Assembly: GCA_038329785.1 (NCBI GenBank)
Contig: JBBQNI010000011.1
Location: forward strand, 2,518 to 66,517
DNA from: Anaerolineales bacterium
GTDB taxonomy: Bacteria > Chloroflexota > Anaerolineae > Anaerolineales > Anaerolineaceae
Direction of reading: 5' to 3'
DNA length: 64,000 nucleotides
A program made the translations under genes and the position numbers. The notes under the pieces are model-generated. The model ran no database searches. It saw only the letters and a program-made list of their open reading frames with translations, and was not told the DNA's origin. This document shows positions 10,218 through 19,775 of the stretch, one piece after another (the first letter of the stretch is position 1; each line of letters opens with the position of its first letter).

Positions 10218-12551
10218 CTATTTATTTTTACCGAATTTCACTTGCTGTAATACTTGACGGTATTCATCTGCATTGGGTGGTTCCAATGCGATAATGGCTT
10301 CGAGCGTTTCAATCGCTCCCCAGGTATCACCCTGATCAAGCAGCTTATCGGCCAATTGGTCCATTTGCTCGATCGCACGATTGGTTTGACCAGCGCGCAG
10401 ATATACTTCAGCCAAACGTCTGCGAATCTCGCCCTGGTTTGGACGTTCTTTCAACAATTCTTGCAGGAAGGCGATGGCATCCTTTATTTTTTGACGGTCT
10501 TCCAGTACTGAAAGGTAATCATCCACTTCTTTGAGCGCAACGGCATCCTGGGATAGGCGGAAATTGATATCAATTAATTGCATTCGAGAGGATTTTTCTT
10601 CAGGCTGGAGGGAGCGTAATTGTTCAAATATGCGTAATGCCTGGCGCCAATCCAGCCGTTGCATATCAATATCGGCTACCTTGGTGAGAATCTGCACTGC
10701 CCATTTGCGATTTGTGCGTGATTGCTGTGCCAGACGCAGGGAGGATAAATAGGCCTGGCGAGCCTTATCCAACTCTGCCAAACGATAATAAATGTCTCCC
10801 ATTTCCAGATACTCGTAGATCGCCTCATCAATGCGGCCGTGACTGGAAAGCAATTCAATCAAACTGTTACGAATACCCAGCTCCATCGGCACCATTTCCG
10901 TAACCCGTTTATAGACCCGGATAGCCTGATCGACTTCCCCGCGGACTTCATACAACTCAGCCACCAGGGTGAACTTGGCGACCGCTTTTTGAATATGTCC
11001 CTCGGCAACTAACAGGTCGCCCATTTGCATGTGCAAGGGTAAATAGGTAGGTGCGTAATGCAAGGCGCGGAATGCTTCCTCCATCGCCGAGCGGGTTTTT
11101 CCACGTTTGGTTAAATCACGTACATTCACCAATGATTCGATCACCTGGCTTGAACTTGACTGCAGTAACATCTCCATCAGAGGCATCGGCGGGTTGTCAT
11201 CTTTGGCAGGAGGCAACTGCTCGCGCGCTTTATGCAGGTATTCCCGCCAATCGAAGCGCATCAACTGCGTACGGACACTCTGGCAAATGGATTTCAGGGT
11301 CTCATCGTTGCGTTCATGGCGTTGTGCTTCCAAACTTGGTTCGTAAAGCTGACTCAATTCTTCAGCCTGATCCTCCGACACGGTTTGAATATCTGCCAGG
11401 CGAAATGCCTGCAAATAAGCCACAGCTGCATTGCGCAAATTGCCCTGGCGTTCATGAATTTTTCCAATCAAGAGATAAGTGGCCAGCGCATACTCTTTGC
11501 GCCGTAATGCTGTTTGCAGATATCGTAATGATCGCTCCGGGCTTTCTTCATTCAGAAGCATACCCAGGTTGAAATACACGGCTGATTTCTCAAGACCGAT
11601 TTCCAGTACCCGTGTAAATTCTTCCGCTGCCCGTTTTTCATTGCCCTGGGTTTGCAAGTCGATGGCATGCCCCAGATGCAAAAGAATACGGGTTCTTTCA
11701 GCTTGCTCGAGTGAAAGACCGCCGGTACCGCGCGTTAAGGCGTTTACCGATCGCCGGTTTGCTTCAGACTTTTCACCCGGCTCATCCGATTGATCAAACA
11801 ACATCTTGGCAAGTTCTTCAAGGGCCATCTGGCGCGCTTCGGCTACCGGATCCATCTTGCTTTCAGCAAATTGATCATCGCCTTCTTCCAATTGCTGGAT
11901 GGTTGCCAAACGGGCTGTCCTTAAGCTGCTGTTCTTGGATCTACCCGGTTTGGGTAAGGTTTGATTTGATTTTAATAACTTAATCGCATTTTGCACTTCG
12001 GTATTATCCGGTGCAATCTGCAAGCAATAGCGGACTGCCTGGATCGCCTTGGCAGCATCACCATCAACTTGCATCAGCGCAGCAGCTGCAAGATATTCAT
12101 AGGCAGCTTCTTGTTTGCGCCCCATTTTGTCAAAAATCATCGCTAAACGTGTACGTGCGTTTAAATTTTCTGGATCCATTGCAATAACATGAGACCAACT
12201 CTCAATTGATTTATCCACATCACGGGCTTTTAATTGCAATTCAGCAGCTTGCATCCCGGTTTTTATAGCTTCACGAATTCTTCCCATGTTTTCGTAGATC
12301 TTGGTCATCTTTTCGTATGGCACCGGATCGTTGGGAGAAATTGAGCTGGCCTTTTGGTATTGTGAAAGGGCACCTTCGTAATCTTGCATTTCCAGGTAAG
12401 ATAACCCCAGACTGATCAGCGCCATCGGATCGCTTGGAAATTCCGCCAATGCCAGTTGGTAGAAATTGGCTGCTTCAGACCATTTTTGATCCCAAGCAGC
12501 AGAATGCCCCTGGTTCATGGCGGCATGGAATGCTTGTTGATCTCCACTCAT
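10218..12551 (-). CDS. TPR repeat protein (777 aa)
   Basis: Repeated 34-aa A/Y/L-patterned units along the whole length (for example AANFYQLALAEFPSDPMALISLGLSY, ALSQYQKASSISPNDP). The start ATG overlaps the polA stop (ATGA at 12548-12551). Confidence 0.85.
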   Translation of the reverse strand: MSGDQQAFHAAMNQGHSAAWDQKWSEAANFYQLALAEFPSDPMALISLGLSYLEMQDYEGALSQYQKASSISPNDPVPYEKMTKIYENMGRIREAIKTGMQAAELQLKARDVDKSIESWSHVIAMDPENLNARTRLAMIFDKMGRKQEAAYEYLAAAALMQVDGDAAKAIQAVRYCLQIAPDNTEVQNAIKLLKSNQTLPKPGRSKNSSLRTARLATIQQLEEGDDQFAESKMDPVAEARQMALEELAKMLFDQSDEPGEKSEANRRSVNALTRGTGGLSLEQAERTRILLHLGHAIDLQTQGNEKRAAEEFTRVLEIGLEKSAVYFNLGMLLNEESPERSLRYLQTALRRKEYALATYLLIGKIHERQGNLRNAAVAYLQAFRLADIQTVSEDQAEELSQLYEPSLEAQRHERNDETLKSICQSVRTQLMRFDWREYLHKAREQLPPAKDDNPPMPLMEMLLQSSSSQVIESLVNVRDLTKRGKTRSAMEEAFRALHYAPTYLPLHMQMGDLLVAEGHIQKAVAKFTLVAELYEVRGEVDQAIRVYKRVTEMVPMELGIRNSLIELLSSHGRIDEAIYEYLEMGDIYYRLAELDKARQAYLSSLRLAQQSRTNRKWAVQILTKVADIDMQRLDWRQALRIFEQLRSLQPEEKSSRMQLIDINFRLSQDAVALKEVDDYLSVLEDRQKIKDAIAFLQELLKERPNQGEIRRRLAEVYLRAGQTNRAIEQMDQLADKLLDQGDTWGAIETLEAIIALEPPNADEYRQVLQQVKFGKNK

Positions 12552-15349
12552 AAGGTTTCATCCTGCTTGTCAAAAACCATTGGTTTCATGTTACCCCAAT
12601 TTTCTCCGGATTTTGCTTCGGTGGAAAGCGGGATGGAAAGTTTATAAGCATTTTCCATCACATCGCGTACCACCTCTGCGGTGTGGGTCAATTCTTCTCG
12701 CGGGCATTCAAGTAATAACTCGTCATGCACCTGTAGCAGTAATTTTGCTCTCAGTTTCAATTTTTGTAAAGTATCTGGAAGGCCAATCATTGCTATCTTT
12801 AGTATATCAGCAGCCGTGCCTTGAATGGGTGCATTTATGGCTTCTCTTTCCTCCCGATTGCGCACATTCTGATTAGCAGCTGAAGAAAGATTGGGAAAAT
12901 AGCGTCTTCTCCCCAATAAAGTCTCCACAAAACCCTGCTGCATCGCAAGTTGGCGTAAATCATCCAGATATTTCTTAACACCGGGGAATTGAGTGAAATA
13001 TGCTTTGACAAAATTTTCCGATTCTGCCAGAGTCAATCCTGTTGAACGGCTCAACCCAAAAGGACTCATGCCATAAATTAATCCGAAATTGATTGCCTTG
13101 GCGTGCCTGCGCTGCTGGCCTGTCACTTTATCGAGCGGTATGCCGTACACCGCCGCCGCAGTGGTTGTATGGATATCCTGTCCCGCACGGAAAGCGTTCA
13201 ACATTGCCTCGTCACCAGACATATGAGCAACAACGCGCAATTCAATCTGTGAATAATCCACCGCGAGCAATACCATGCCGGGGGATGCAATAAAGGCGCA
13301 CCGTACCTTGCGCCCCAGATCGGTGCGGGTGGGAATATTCTGTAAATTGGGGTTAATGGAGGCAAGGCGACCCGTCACTGAACCAGTCTGACTGAAAGAA
13401 GTGTGCACTCGGCCAGTGCGTGGATTGATCTGATTGGGTAACGCTGAAACATAGGTAGATTGCAATTTAGCCAGCTCGCGGTGCTCCAGAATGAGATCAA
13501 CCACCTCATGTGATCCCTGCATTTGTTCCAGCACAGCAAAATTGGTGGAGTAATGACCACTGGCAGTTTTCTTTTTACTGGGTGATTGAAGCCCAAGTGT
13601 TTCAAACAAGGCTACAGAAAGCTGCTGGGTAGAATTGAGATTAAAATGATAGCCAATGATAGCATGCACCTTGCTCTCAATTTCATTCAAGCGTTGGGCA
13701 AGTTCCTCATTCATCTGTTGCAAGAAATCTTTATCAAGCAGAATCCCGTTTATTTCCATCTGTTCCAGAACCGGAATCAGAGGCATTTCGATATCTCTAA
13801 AAACATTTTCAGCGTTGTTCCTGGCCATCGATGCGGCCAATAGCGGCATAAGCAATATGGGCACAACCGCATCGGCACCGGCATAAGGGGCAACGGCTTC
13901 CACAGCCACCTCTGCCATCGAAAGCTGGGTTTTACCGGAACCGATCAGGCTCTCGATACGCTGCATTTCAATACCCAGATATTTTTCAGCCATATCTTTC
14001 AGACCAAGATCGTACGAAGCCGGGTCTACCAGCCAACCTGCCAGCATAGTGTCAAAGGAGTATGGCTGCACCTTAATCCCATAAGCAGAAAGGACAAGGC
14101 AATCATATTTTAGATTGTGGCCGATTTTTGCAATTTCTGGGTTTTCCAGGGCGGGTTTGAGAGCCGTAATCACTTGTTCAAGGTCTAGCTGTTGATCACC
14201 AGTTTTGTGACCTACAGGAATATAATAACCTAGCCTGTCGTCAACAGCGACTGAAATTCCCACCAGGTCGGCCAACATAGGATCAGTATTGGTGGTTTCG
14301 GTGTCAAAGCTGATATATTTGGCGGATTCCAACTTCCCTACCAGCTCGGTTAATTCTGCCTTTGTATCCACAATCGCTGATTGATAATTAGCAGCAGGAG
14401 CGGATCCGATCGTAGTGACAGCTTCTCCAAACAGAGAAAGCTGTTGATTGGCTCCATTTTTGACGTTTCGATTGCCAAGATCACGTAAACGCCCAATCAA
14501 CGTCTTAAACTCGAGTTCGCTAAAGAGCAATTCCACTGCTTTGGTGTCCAGATGGCTGGTACTGGCCTGATCCAGGTCCAACAAAATATCAATATCTTGA
14601 TCGATGCGTGCCAATCTTTGACTCAAATAGGCGGATTCTTTTCCAGCAACCAACTTGCTCTGATAGCGGGAAGGGATCTCATCAATATGTGCATAGATTG
14701 CATCCAGCGTCTGATATTCTTCCAGTAATTTCAGGGCAGTTTTTTCACCAACACCTGGAACGCCGGGAATATTATCGGAGGAATCTCCCATCAACGCCTT
14801 TAAATCTACAATCTGTTCAGGTTTTACCCCCATTTTGGCAATAACATCCTCTTCATGATAATCACGAGCATCCGCCATCGATTTGCCGGGTAAGTTGACA
14901 ATGATGCGATCCGTGACCAGTTGAAGGAGATCGCGGTCACCGGTTATGATTTTAACGCCCAGGCCTTTAATGACCGCCTTTCTGGCGATTGACCCCAGAA
15001 CATCATCTGCCTCAGCCCCTTCTTTTTCAAGGCGGGGAATATCGAATGCATCAATTATTTCGCGGATTCGTTCGATCTGACCGCGTAACTCATCCGGCAT
15101 TTTGGCGCGCGTAGCTTTGTAATCCGGAAAAATTTCATTGCGGAACGTTTTGCCGGTGTCAAAAGCTACTGCGAGATATTCAGGGTTTTCTTTTTCCAAA
15201 AAGCGCAGCAGAATGTTCATAAATCCATAAATGGCTGCAGTGGGTTCTCCAGTGGAAGTCATAAGGCTATCCCCACGAACCGCAGACATTGCAAAATATG
15301 TTCGGTATGCCAGAGCATGTCCATCAATTAAATAAAGGGTTGGTGGCAT
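12548..15349 (-). CDS. polA: DNA polymerase I
   Basis: 5'-3' exonuclease N-terminus (LYLIDGHALAYRTYFA), a 3'-5' exo region (ISFDTETT) and family A polymerase motifs DYSQIELRV, RRHAKAINFGLIYG and QVHDELL. Confidence 0.97.
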   Translation of the reverse strand: MPPTLYLIDGHALAYRTYFAMSAVRGDSLMTSTGEPTAAIYGFMNILLRFLEKENPEYLAVAFDTGKTFRNEIFPDYKATRAKMPDELRGQIERIREIIDAFDIPRLEKEGAEADDVLGSIARKAVIKGLGVKIITGDRDLLQLVTDRIIVNLPGKSMADARDYHEEDVIAKMGVKPEQIVDLKALMGDSSDNIPGVPGVGEKTALKLLEEYQTLDAIYAHIDEIPSRYQSKLVAGKESAYLSQRLARIDQDIDILLDLDQASTSHLDTKAVELLFSELEFKTLIGRLRDLGNRNVKNGANQQLSLFGEAVTTIGSAPAANYQSAIVDTKAELTELVGKLESAKYISFDTETTNTDPMLADLVGISVAVDDRLGYYIPVGHKTGDQQLDLEQVITALKPALENPEIAKIGHNLKYDCLVLSAYGIKVQPYSFDTMLAGWLVDPASYDLGLKDMAEKYLGIEMQRIESLIGSGKTQLSMAEVAVEAVAPYAGADAVVPILLMPLLAASMARNNAENVFRDIEMPLIPVLEQMEINGILLDKDFLQQMNEELAQRLNEIESKVHAIIGYHFNLNSTQQLSVALFETLGLQSPSKKKTASGHYSTNFAVLEQMQGSHEVVDLILEHRELAKLQSTYVSALPNQINPRTGRVHTSFSQTGSVTGRLASINPNLQNIPTRTDLGRKVRCAFIASPGMVLLAVDYSQIELRVVAHMSGDEAMLNAFRAGQDIHTTTAAAVYGIPLDKVTGQQRRHAKAINFGLIYGMSPFGLSRSTGLTLAESENFVKAYFTQFPGVKKYLDDLRQLAMQQGFVETLLGRRRYFPNLSSAANQNVRNREEREAINAPIQGTAADILKIAMIGLPDTLQKLKLRAKLLLQVHDELLLECPREELTHTAEVVRDVMENAYKLSIPLSTEAKSGENWGNMKPMVFDKQDETL

Positions 15350-15386
15350 TTTTTCCTTCCTTCAAGCCAGCTTGGATTAGGTAATT

Positions 15387-17216
15387 CTAACCTGTTTTAC
15401 CTTGATCTTCCTCTGGGGATTTAAGAATGGTTGGTAGCAGGACACCCTGCGCCTGGCGGGTTCCATGGACATATTCTTTGACCATAGATTGCGAAGGTGG
15501 CAAATAACCACTCAATAACAGGTAACCGGGAGCCCAAAAATCGTTGGAAAGATGTCCCTTAAGAAAATCGGGTTTAAGCTCAAAAACTGCTTTTGATGTT
15601 TCTTTGCGCATAATTCGTATGATTTTTGCAGGAGCTACTTTCGGGGAAGCGAAGATCGTCCACTGGACATGCGTTGGCCGAATGGTTAAGCGATCCAGGC
15701 GCCAATCATAGGCAATACAGATCTGAGGAATCGACTTTGCCAGCAATTGAGAGATCATACCCACTAAAAATTGATCATGGAAGCGCGGGATGAGCAGACA
15801 GGTATAACAAAGGCTCGCCTGGCCGGGGGATTCGGGCTGCAATCGCACTTCAGCCTTTTGCGGGGCGTCAATATCCGCTGGAGAAAGAGGCGTTTCCGGC
15901 TCTACTTGTGTTTGACCTAATTCTGGTTCTACTTCAGTTGGTAAAATAGTACCATCCACCTCATCCTGTGCATCCCAGGGAAAAATGAGCCCGGCCAGCA
16001 GGTCAGCCGATGGTTCTTCATGCCCAGAAGCGGACAATAATTGATCAACCGTGTTGACCTGTTGACCGGATTCAGCCGGGAAATCGTCGTCTTCCCACTC
16101 AGACGGTTTCGCCGACCCGGCCTGCAAATCTTCACCCAGCTCCGTGTTTAGAATCTGAGTGGTTGAAGCGTTCACATCATGGACAACCTGCAAATCCGGG
16201 TTTTCTTTTAAGTGCTCGCTTTCCAGTTTTTCTAATGTGGGTATTGTCAAATCCTCATCCTCCTCTGCGCCTTCCCTTATCCATCCCGGCAAAAATTCGC
16301 TGCTTCTCGATTGTGTTGCCTTGAATTCACGGGGGGATTGGCTTTCGAGGTCTTCTCCCTTTTGCTTATTTTCGGCAGGCTCTACAGCAGCGCCTTTCAT
16401 TTCGCCGAAACTTTCTCCGTTTTGAACCCGGTTTTCCTGGGTATCCTCAGTATTTATGGTCGCTGGGATGCTTATATTTCGCGGGCTGAAACTCAACAGT
16501 CGCTGCTTGACCTGATTGATCTGTTGGCGGGCATCCCGCAATGGAATGCAGGCGGCAAATACCATAACCAGCAATTCGTTTTCCTCAATTGCCTTGAAAT
16601 AAATCAATAAAGGTTCTGAATTACCAGCGAGCTGTTTGTACTTAATAAAATCAGCATGGAACGGTTTTTCGGCCCGCTCTTCAAGGAAAGATACGATATC
16701 TTCTACAATTAATTCCTTGGAATCCCCCACCGTAGCCAGGAGCGAACCATTTAAAAAGTACGCAATCAGGTTCGCATCACTTTGCGAACGGGCATCAAGC
16801 AGCAGGCCAGGCAGGGCTTTTTCCAGTTGATCTTGTGATTTCTCTCCAAATTCAGCGTTTCTCAGGCTGTGCTCAATTTCTTCCAGAAAGTCGGGCAGAT
16901 AAATTGGTTTGTGTAACACTTTATTAATGTGAAGTCCATTCAATTCAGATCTTGTATCAAACGAGGTGGTTAGCAGCAGGATGGTTTTCAATCCTGGTTG
17001 AAATCTCTGAAAATTAGTCAAAACGTGCAATTGTTCGTCAACAGGTTGATCTATATCGAGAACAAGCGCATCAAAACTGGTCGAAGGCTCCAGATTGCGA
17101 ATTTCATCAATTGAATCTATTGCCGTGACCAGATATTTTCCGCTTTCCAGCAATGCAGAACGAATCAGTTCAGCAAATGCCGGCTGAGAACTTAGAACCA
17201 AAACCTTTTTTTCCAC
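15387..17216 (-). CDS. Receiver-like domain protein with an acidic linker and a C-terminal degenerate IS200-like (HUH/Y1) domain
   Basis: GTG start. The N-terminus is CheY-like (VLVLSS..., ALVLDID, LLLTT, HKP). There is a ~200-aa D/E-rich low-complexity linker. The C-terminal ~125 aa aligns with IS200 TnpA blocks (YTCLLIPRF, THVQWTI, IIRIMRKETSKAVF, DFWAPGYLL, VKEYVHGTRQ). Confidence 0.6.
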   Translation of the reverse strand: MEKKVLVLSSQPAFAELIRSALLESGKYLVTAIDSIDEIRNLEPSTSFDALVLDIDQPVDEQLHVLTNFQRFQPGLKTILLLTTSFDTRSELNGLHINKVLHKPIYLPDFLEEIEHSLRNAEFGEKSQDQLEKALPGLLLDARSQSDANLIAYFLNGSLLATVGDSKELIVEDIVSFLEERAEKPFHADFIKYKQLAGNSEPLLIYFKAIEENELLVMVFAACIPLRDARQQINQVKQRLLSFSPRNISIPATINTEDTQENRVQNGESFGEMKGAAVEPAENKQKGEDLESQSPREFKATQSRSSEFLPGWIREGAEEDEDLTIPTLEKLESEHLKENPDLQVVHDVNASTTQILNTELGEDLQAGSAKPSEWEDDDFPAESGQQVNTVDQLLSASGHEEPSADLLAGLIFPWDAQDEVDGTILPTEVEPELGQTQVEPETPLSPADIDAPQKAEVRLQPESPGQASLCYTCLLIPRFHDQFLVGMISQLLAKSIPQICIAYDWRLDRLTIRPTHVQWTIFASPKVAPAKIIRIMRKETSKAVFELKPDFLKGHLSNDFWAPGYLLLSGYLPPSQSMVKEYVHGTRQAQGVLLPTILKSPEEDQGKTG

Positions 17217-17330
17217 ATAAAAAGTTTAGCACTTACATTCTTGAGAATCAAGGCAATCTTGTGTCGACTTGTCTGTAAAGGAACTTGTGAGATAATAAAA
17301 ATACGGCACAAACATCCAAGAGGTTAAATT

Positions 17331-18608
17331 ATGGCATTTGAAACAATTTGTGTTCTCGGACTCGGTTATATTGGTTTACCGACCGCTTCCACTTTTGCTA
17401 ACGCCGGCTGTAAGGTCGTGGGTGTTGATACCAACCCAGCCATCGTTAATTGCCTTCAAAACGGTGAACTGCACATTTCCGAACCAGGACTTGGTGTGCT
17501 GGTTAAGAGGACAATTAACTCCAAGAATTTGGTGATTTCTCCAAAACCGGTGCATGCCGATGCCTTCATCATCGCTGTGCCAACCCCATTTTACGATGAC
17601 AAAAAAGCAGATCTCACCTACGTTCGGTCAGCCGCAGAATCAATTGTCCCTTACCTGCGCAAAGGCAACCTGGTAGTGCTTGAATCAACCTCACCTCCGC
17701 TGACCACAACGGATGTGCTGGTGCCGATTTTGGAGAAAAGTGGCCTGTCCGCTGGCGTGGATTTTAGCGTAGCTTATTCTCCCGAGCGGGTTTTACCCGG
17801 CCAAATACTACGGGAATTGATTGAGAACGCACGTGTAATTGGCGGCATCAATCCAGAATCCGCGGCGGCTGGCAAAGAACTCTACCAGATTTTTGTAAAA
17901 GGCGAAATAATCACCACAACAGCAACCACAGCGGAAATGGTGAAACTGATGGAGAACACCTATCGTGACATTAACATTGCAGTAGCCAACGAATTCGCAC
18001 GCCTGGCAGATCGTTTTGGGATAGACGTTTGGGAAGCCATCCAAATCGCCAATCTACACCCGCGAGTCAAGATTCTCAACCCTGGACCTGGTGTCGGTGG
18101 TCATTGTATCAGCGTAGATCCCTGGTTCCTGGTTGAAGCAGCGGCGGATATCACGCCGTTGATCCGGACTGCACGGCAGGTAAATGATGGTCAGCCTACC
18201 TTTGTGGTTGAGAAATTAACCGAAATTCTGGGCTCATTACAAGGGAAAAGCATTGCTGCACTTGGCCTGGCATATAAGCCGGATGTCGACGATTTACGTG
18301 AAAGCCCCGCCATAGAAGTGGTAGAGGCTCTACGATCAGCCGGCGCAAAAGTTACGGCATTCGAACCCTATAAACCCAACTTCTCCCTGAAAGGCATCCA
18401 AATGGCTCAAAGCCTGAACGAAGCCATCGCGGAGGCAGACCTGCTATTATTACTGGTCAATCACACCCAATTAAAAATTATTGACCCTAATCAGATCCTG
18501 GAAAAGACACCAGCCCGAATTGTGTTTGATACCGTAGGGGGCTGGAACCCGCAGCACTGGCAGGATGCCGGCTTTGAAGTTCATCGTTTGGGTAAAGCAG
18601 ATCGGTAA
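17331..18608 (+). CDS. wecC: UDP-N-acetyl-D-mannosamine dehydrogenase (UDP-sugar dehydrogenase family)
   Basis: N-terminal ICVLGLGYIGLPTA Rossmann motif and a catalytic Cys context (GVGGHCISVDP). Adjacent to wecB. Confidence 0.85.
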   Translation: MAFETICVLGLGYIGLPTASTFANAGCKVVGVDTNPAIVNCLQNGELHISEPGLGVLVKRTINSKNLVISPKPVHADAFIIAVPTPFYDDKKADLTYVRSAAESIVPYLRKGNLVVLESTSPPLTTTDVLVPILEKSGLSAGVDFSVAYSPERVLPGQILRELIENARVIGGINPESAAAGKELYQIFVKGEIITTTATTAEMVKLMENTYRDINIAVANEFARLADRFGIDVWEAIQIANLHPRVKILNPGPGVGGHCISVDPWFLVEAAADITPLIRTARQVNDGQPTFVVEKLTEILGSLQGKSIAALGLAYKPDVDDLRESPAIEVVEALRSAGAKVTAFEPYKPNFSLKGIQMAQSLNEAIAEADLLLLLVNHTQLKIIDPNQILEKTPARIVFDTVGGWNPQHWQDAGFEVHRLGKADR

Positions 18609-18617
18609 AAGGGCAAA

Positions 18618-19751
18618 ATGGAGAAAAAATTACGCCTGTTGACCATTTTCGGAACCCGCCCGGAGGCATCCAAAATGTGCCCGGTGGTTCTGGAAGCCCA
18701 ATCCAACCCAGAGGTTGAATCCATACTGTGTGTCACCGCACAGCACCGCCAGATGCTTGATCAGGTTCTAGATGCCTTCAAGATCACACCCGATTTTGAT
18801 TTGAACTTAATGCAACCGGATCAAAGCCTGGCACAAAGTGCTGCTGGAATATTGATCAATCTCGAACCGGTGATCAAACAAGTTGCACCGGATTGGGTTT
18901 TGGTGCAAGGTGATACCACCACTGTCATGGCCGCAGCATTGCTTTGTTATTACAACAAGGTGAAAGTTGGTCATGTAGAGGCAGGCCTACGCACCGGTGA
19001 TAAATGGCAGCCTTTCCCTGAAGAAGTCAACCGCAGGGTGGCGGCTGTGGTTGCCGATTTACACCTGGCACCTACCGAACACGCCCGTCAAAACCTGTTG
19101 CACGAAGGGATTGCTGAGAATAGAATAATCGTCACGGGCAACCCGGGGTTAGACGCTTTGCGCTTGATCACTGCGCAGCCTGCCCCTTTGCAGGTTAACA
19201 AATTTTTACAAGATTATGGGATCAGCCCCAATAAAAAAGGCTTAATTTTGATTACCGCGCATCGTCGTGAAAATTTTGGAAAACCAATGGAAGATATTTG
19301 TACTGCCATCAAGTTTCTGGCAAGCAAATATATTAACCAGTTCCATTTCATCTACCCGGTACATTTGAATCCGCATGTTCAAGAGCCTGTTTACCGCTTA
19401 TTGGGAGATCTCCCTAATCTCACGCTCATGCCACCGTTAGACTATTTAGCGATGGTACATTTCATGTCGCATGCCCGTTTAATCCTGACAGATTCTGGCG
19501 GCATTCAAGAAGAAGCAGCCGGGCTGGGGAAACCCACTTTAGTGCTGCGCGAGGTAACCGAACGTCCTGAGGGAGTCACTGCCGGAATATTACGCCTGGT
19601 TGGCACCGAACCCGACAATATTATCAATCAATCCATGCACTTGCTGGAAGACAACCATGCTTACCAGGCAATGGCCAGCGCTAAAAACCCGTTTGGAGAT
19701 GGGTACGCTGCCACAAAAATCATTCAAGCCATCCTCAATTACCGGTTCTGA
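18618..19751 (+). CDS. wecB: UDP-N-acetylglucosamine 2-epimerase (non-hydrolysing)
   Basis: Blocks FGTRPEASKM, HVEAGLRTGD and LTDSGGIQEEAAGLGKPTLVLR. Confidence 0.93.
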   Translation: MEKKLRLLTIFGTRPEASKMCPVVLEAQSNPEVESILCVTAQHRQMLDQVLDAFKITPDFDLNLMQPDQSLAQSAAGILINLEPVIKQVAPDWVLVQGDTTTVMAAALLCYYNKVKVGHVEAGLRTGDKWQPFPEEVNRRVAAVVADLHLAPTEHARQNLLHEGIAENRIIVTGNPGLDALRLITAQPAPLQVNKFLQDYGISPNKKGLILITAHRRENFGKPMEDICTAIKFLASKYINQFHFIYPVHLNPHVQEPVYRLLGDLPNLTLMPPLDYLAMVHFMSHARLILTDSGGIQEEAAGLGKPTLVLREVTERPEGVTAGILRLVGTEPDNIINQSMHLLEDNHAYQAMASAKNPFGDGYAATKIIQAILNYRF

Positions 19752-19775
19752 CGAACCTTTCGGATTAAGATCAAT

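Noticed and set aside
10254-11983. Series of plus-strand ORFs (up to 173 aa) opposite the TPR gene
   Set aside because: These are antisense shadows of a long continuous TPR reading frame. None has motifs or a ribosome-binding site.
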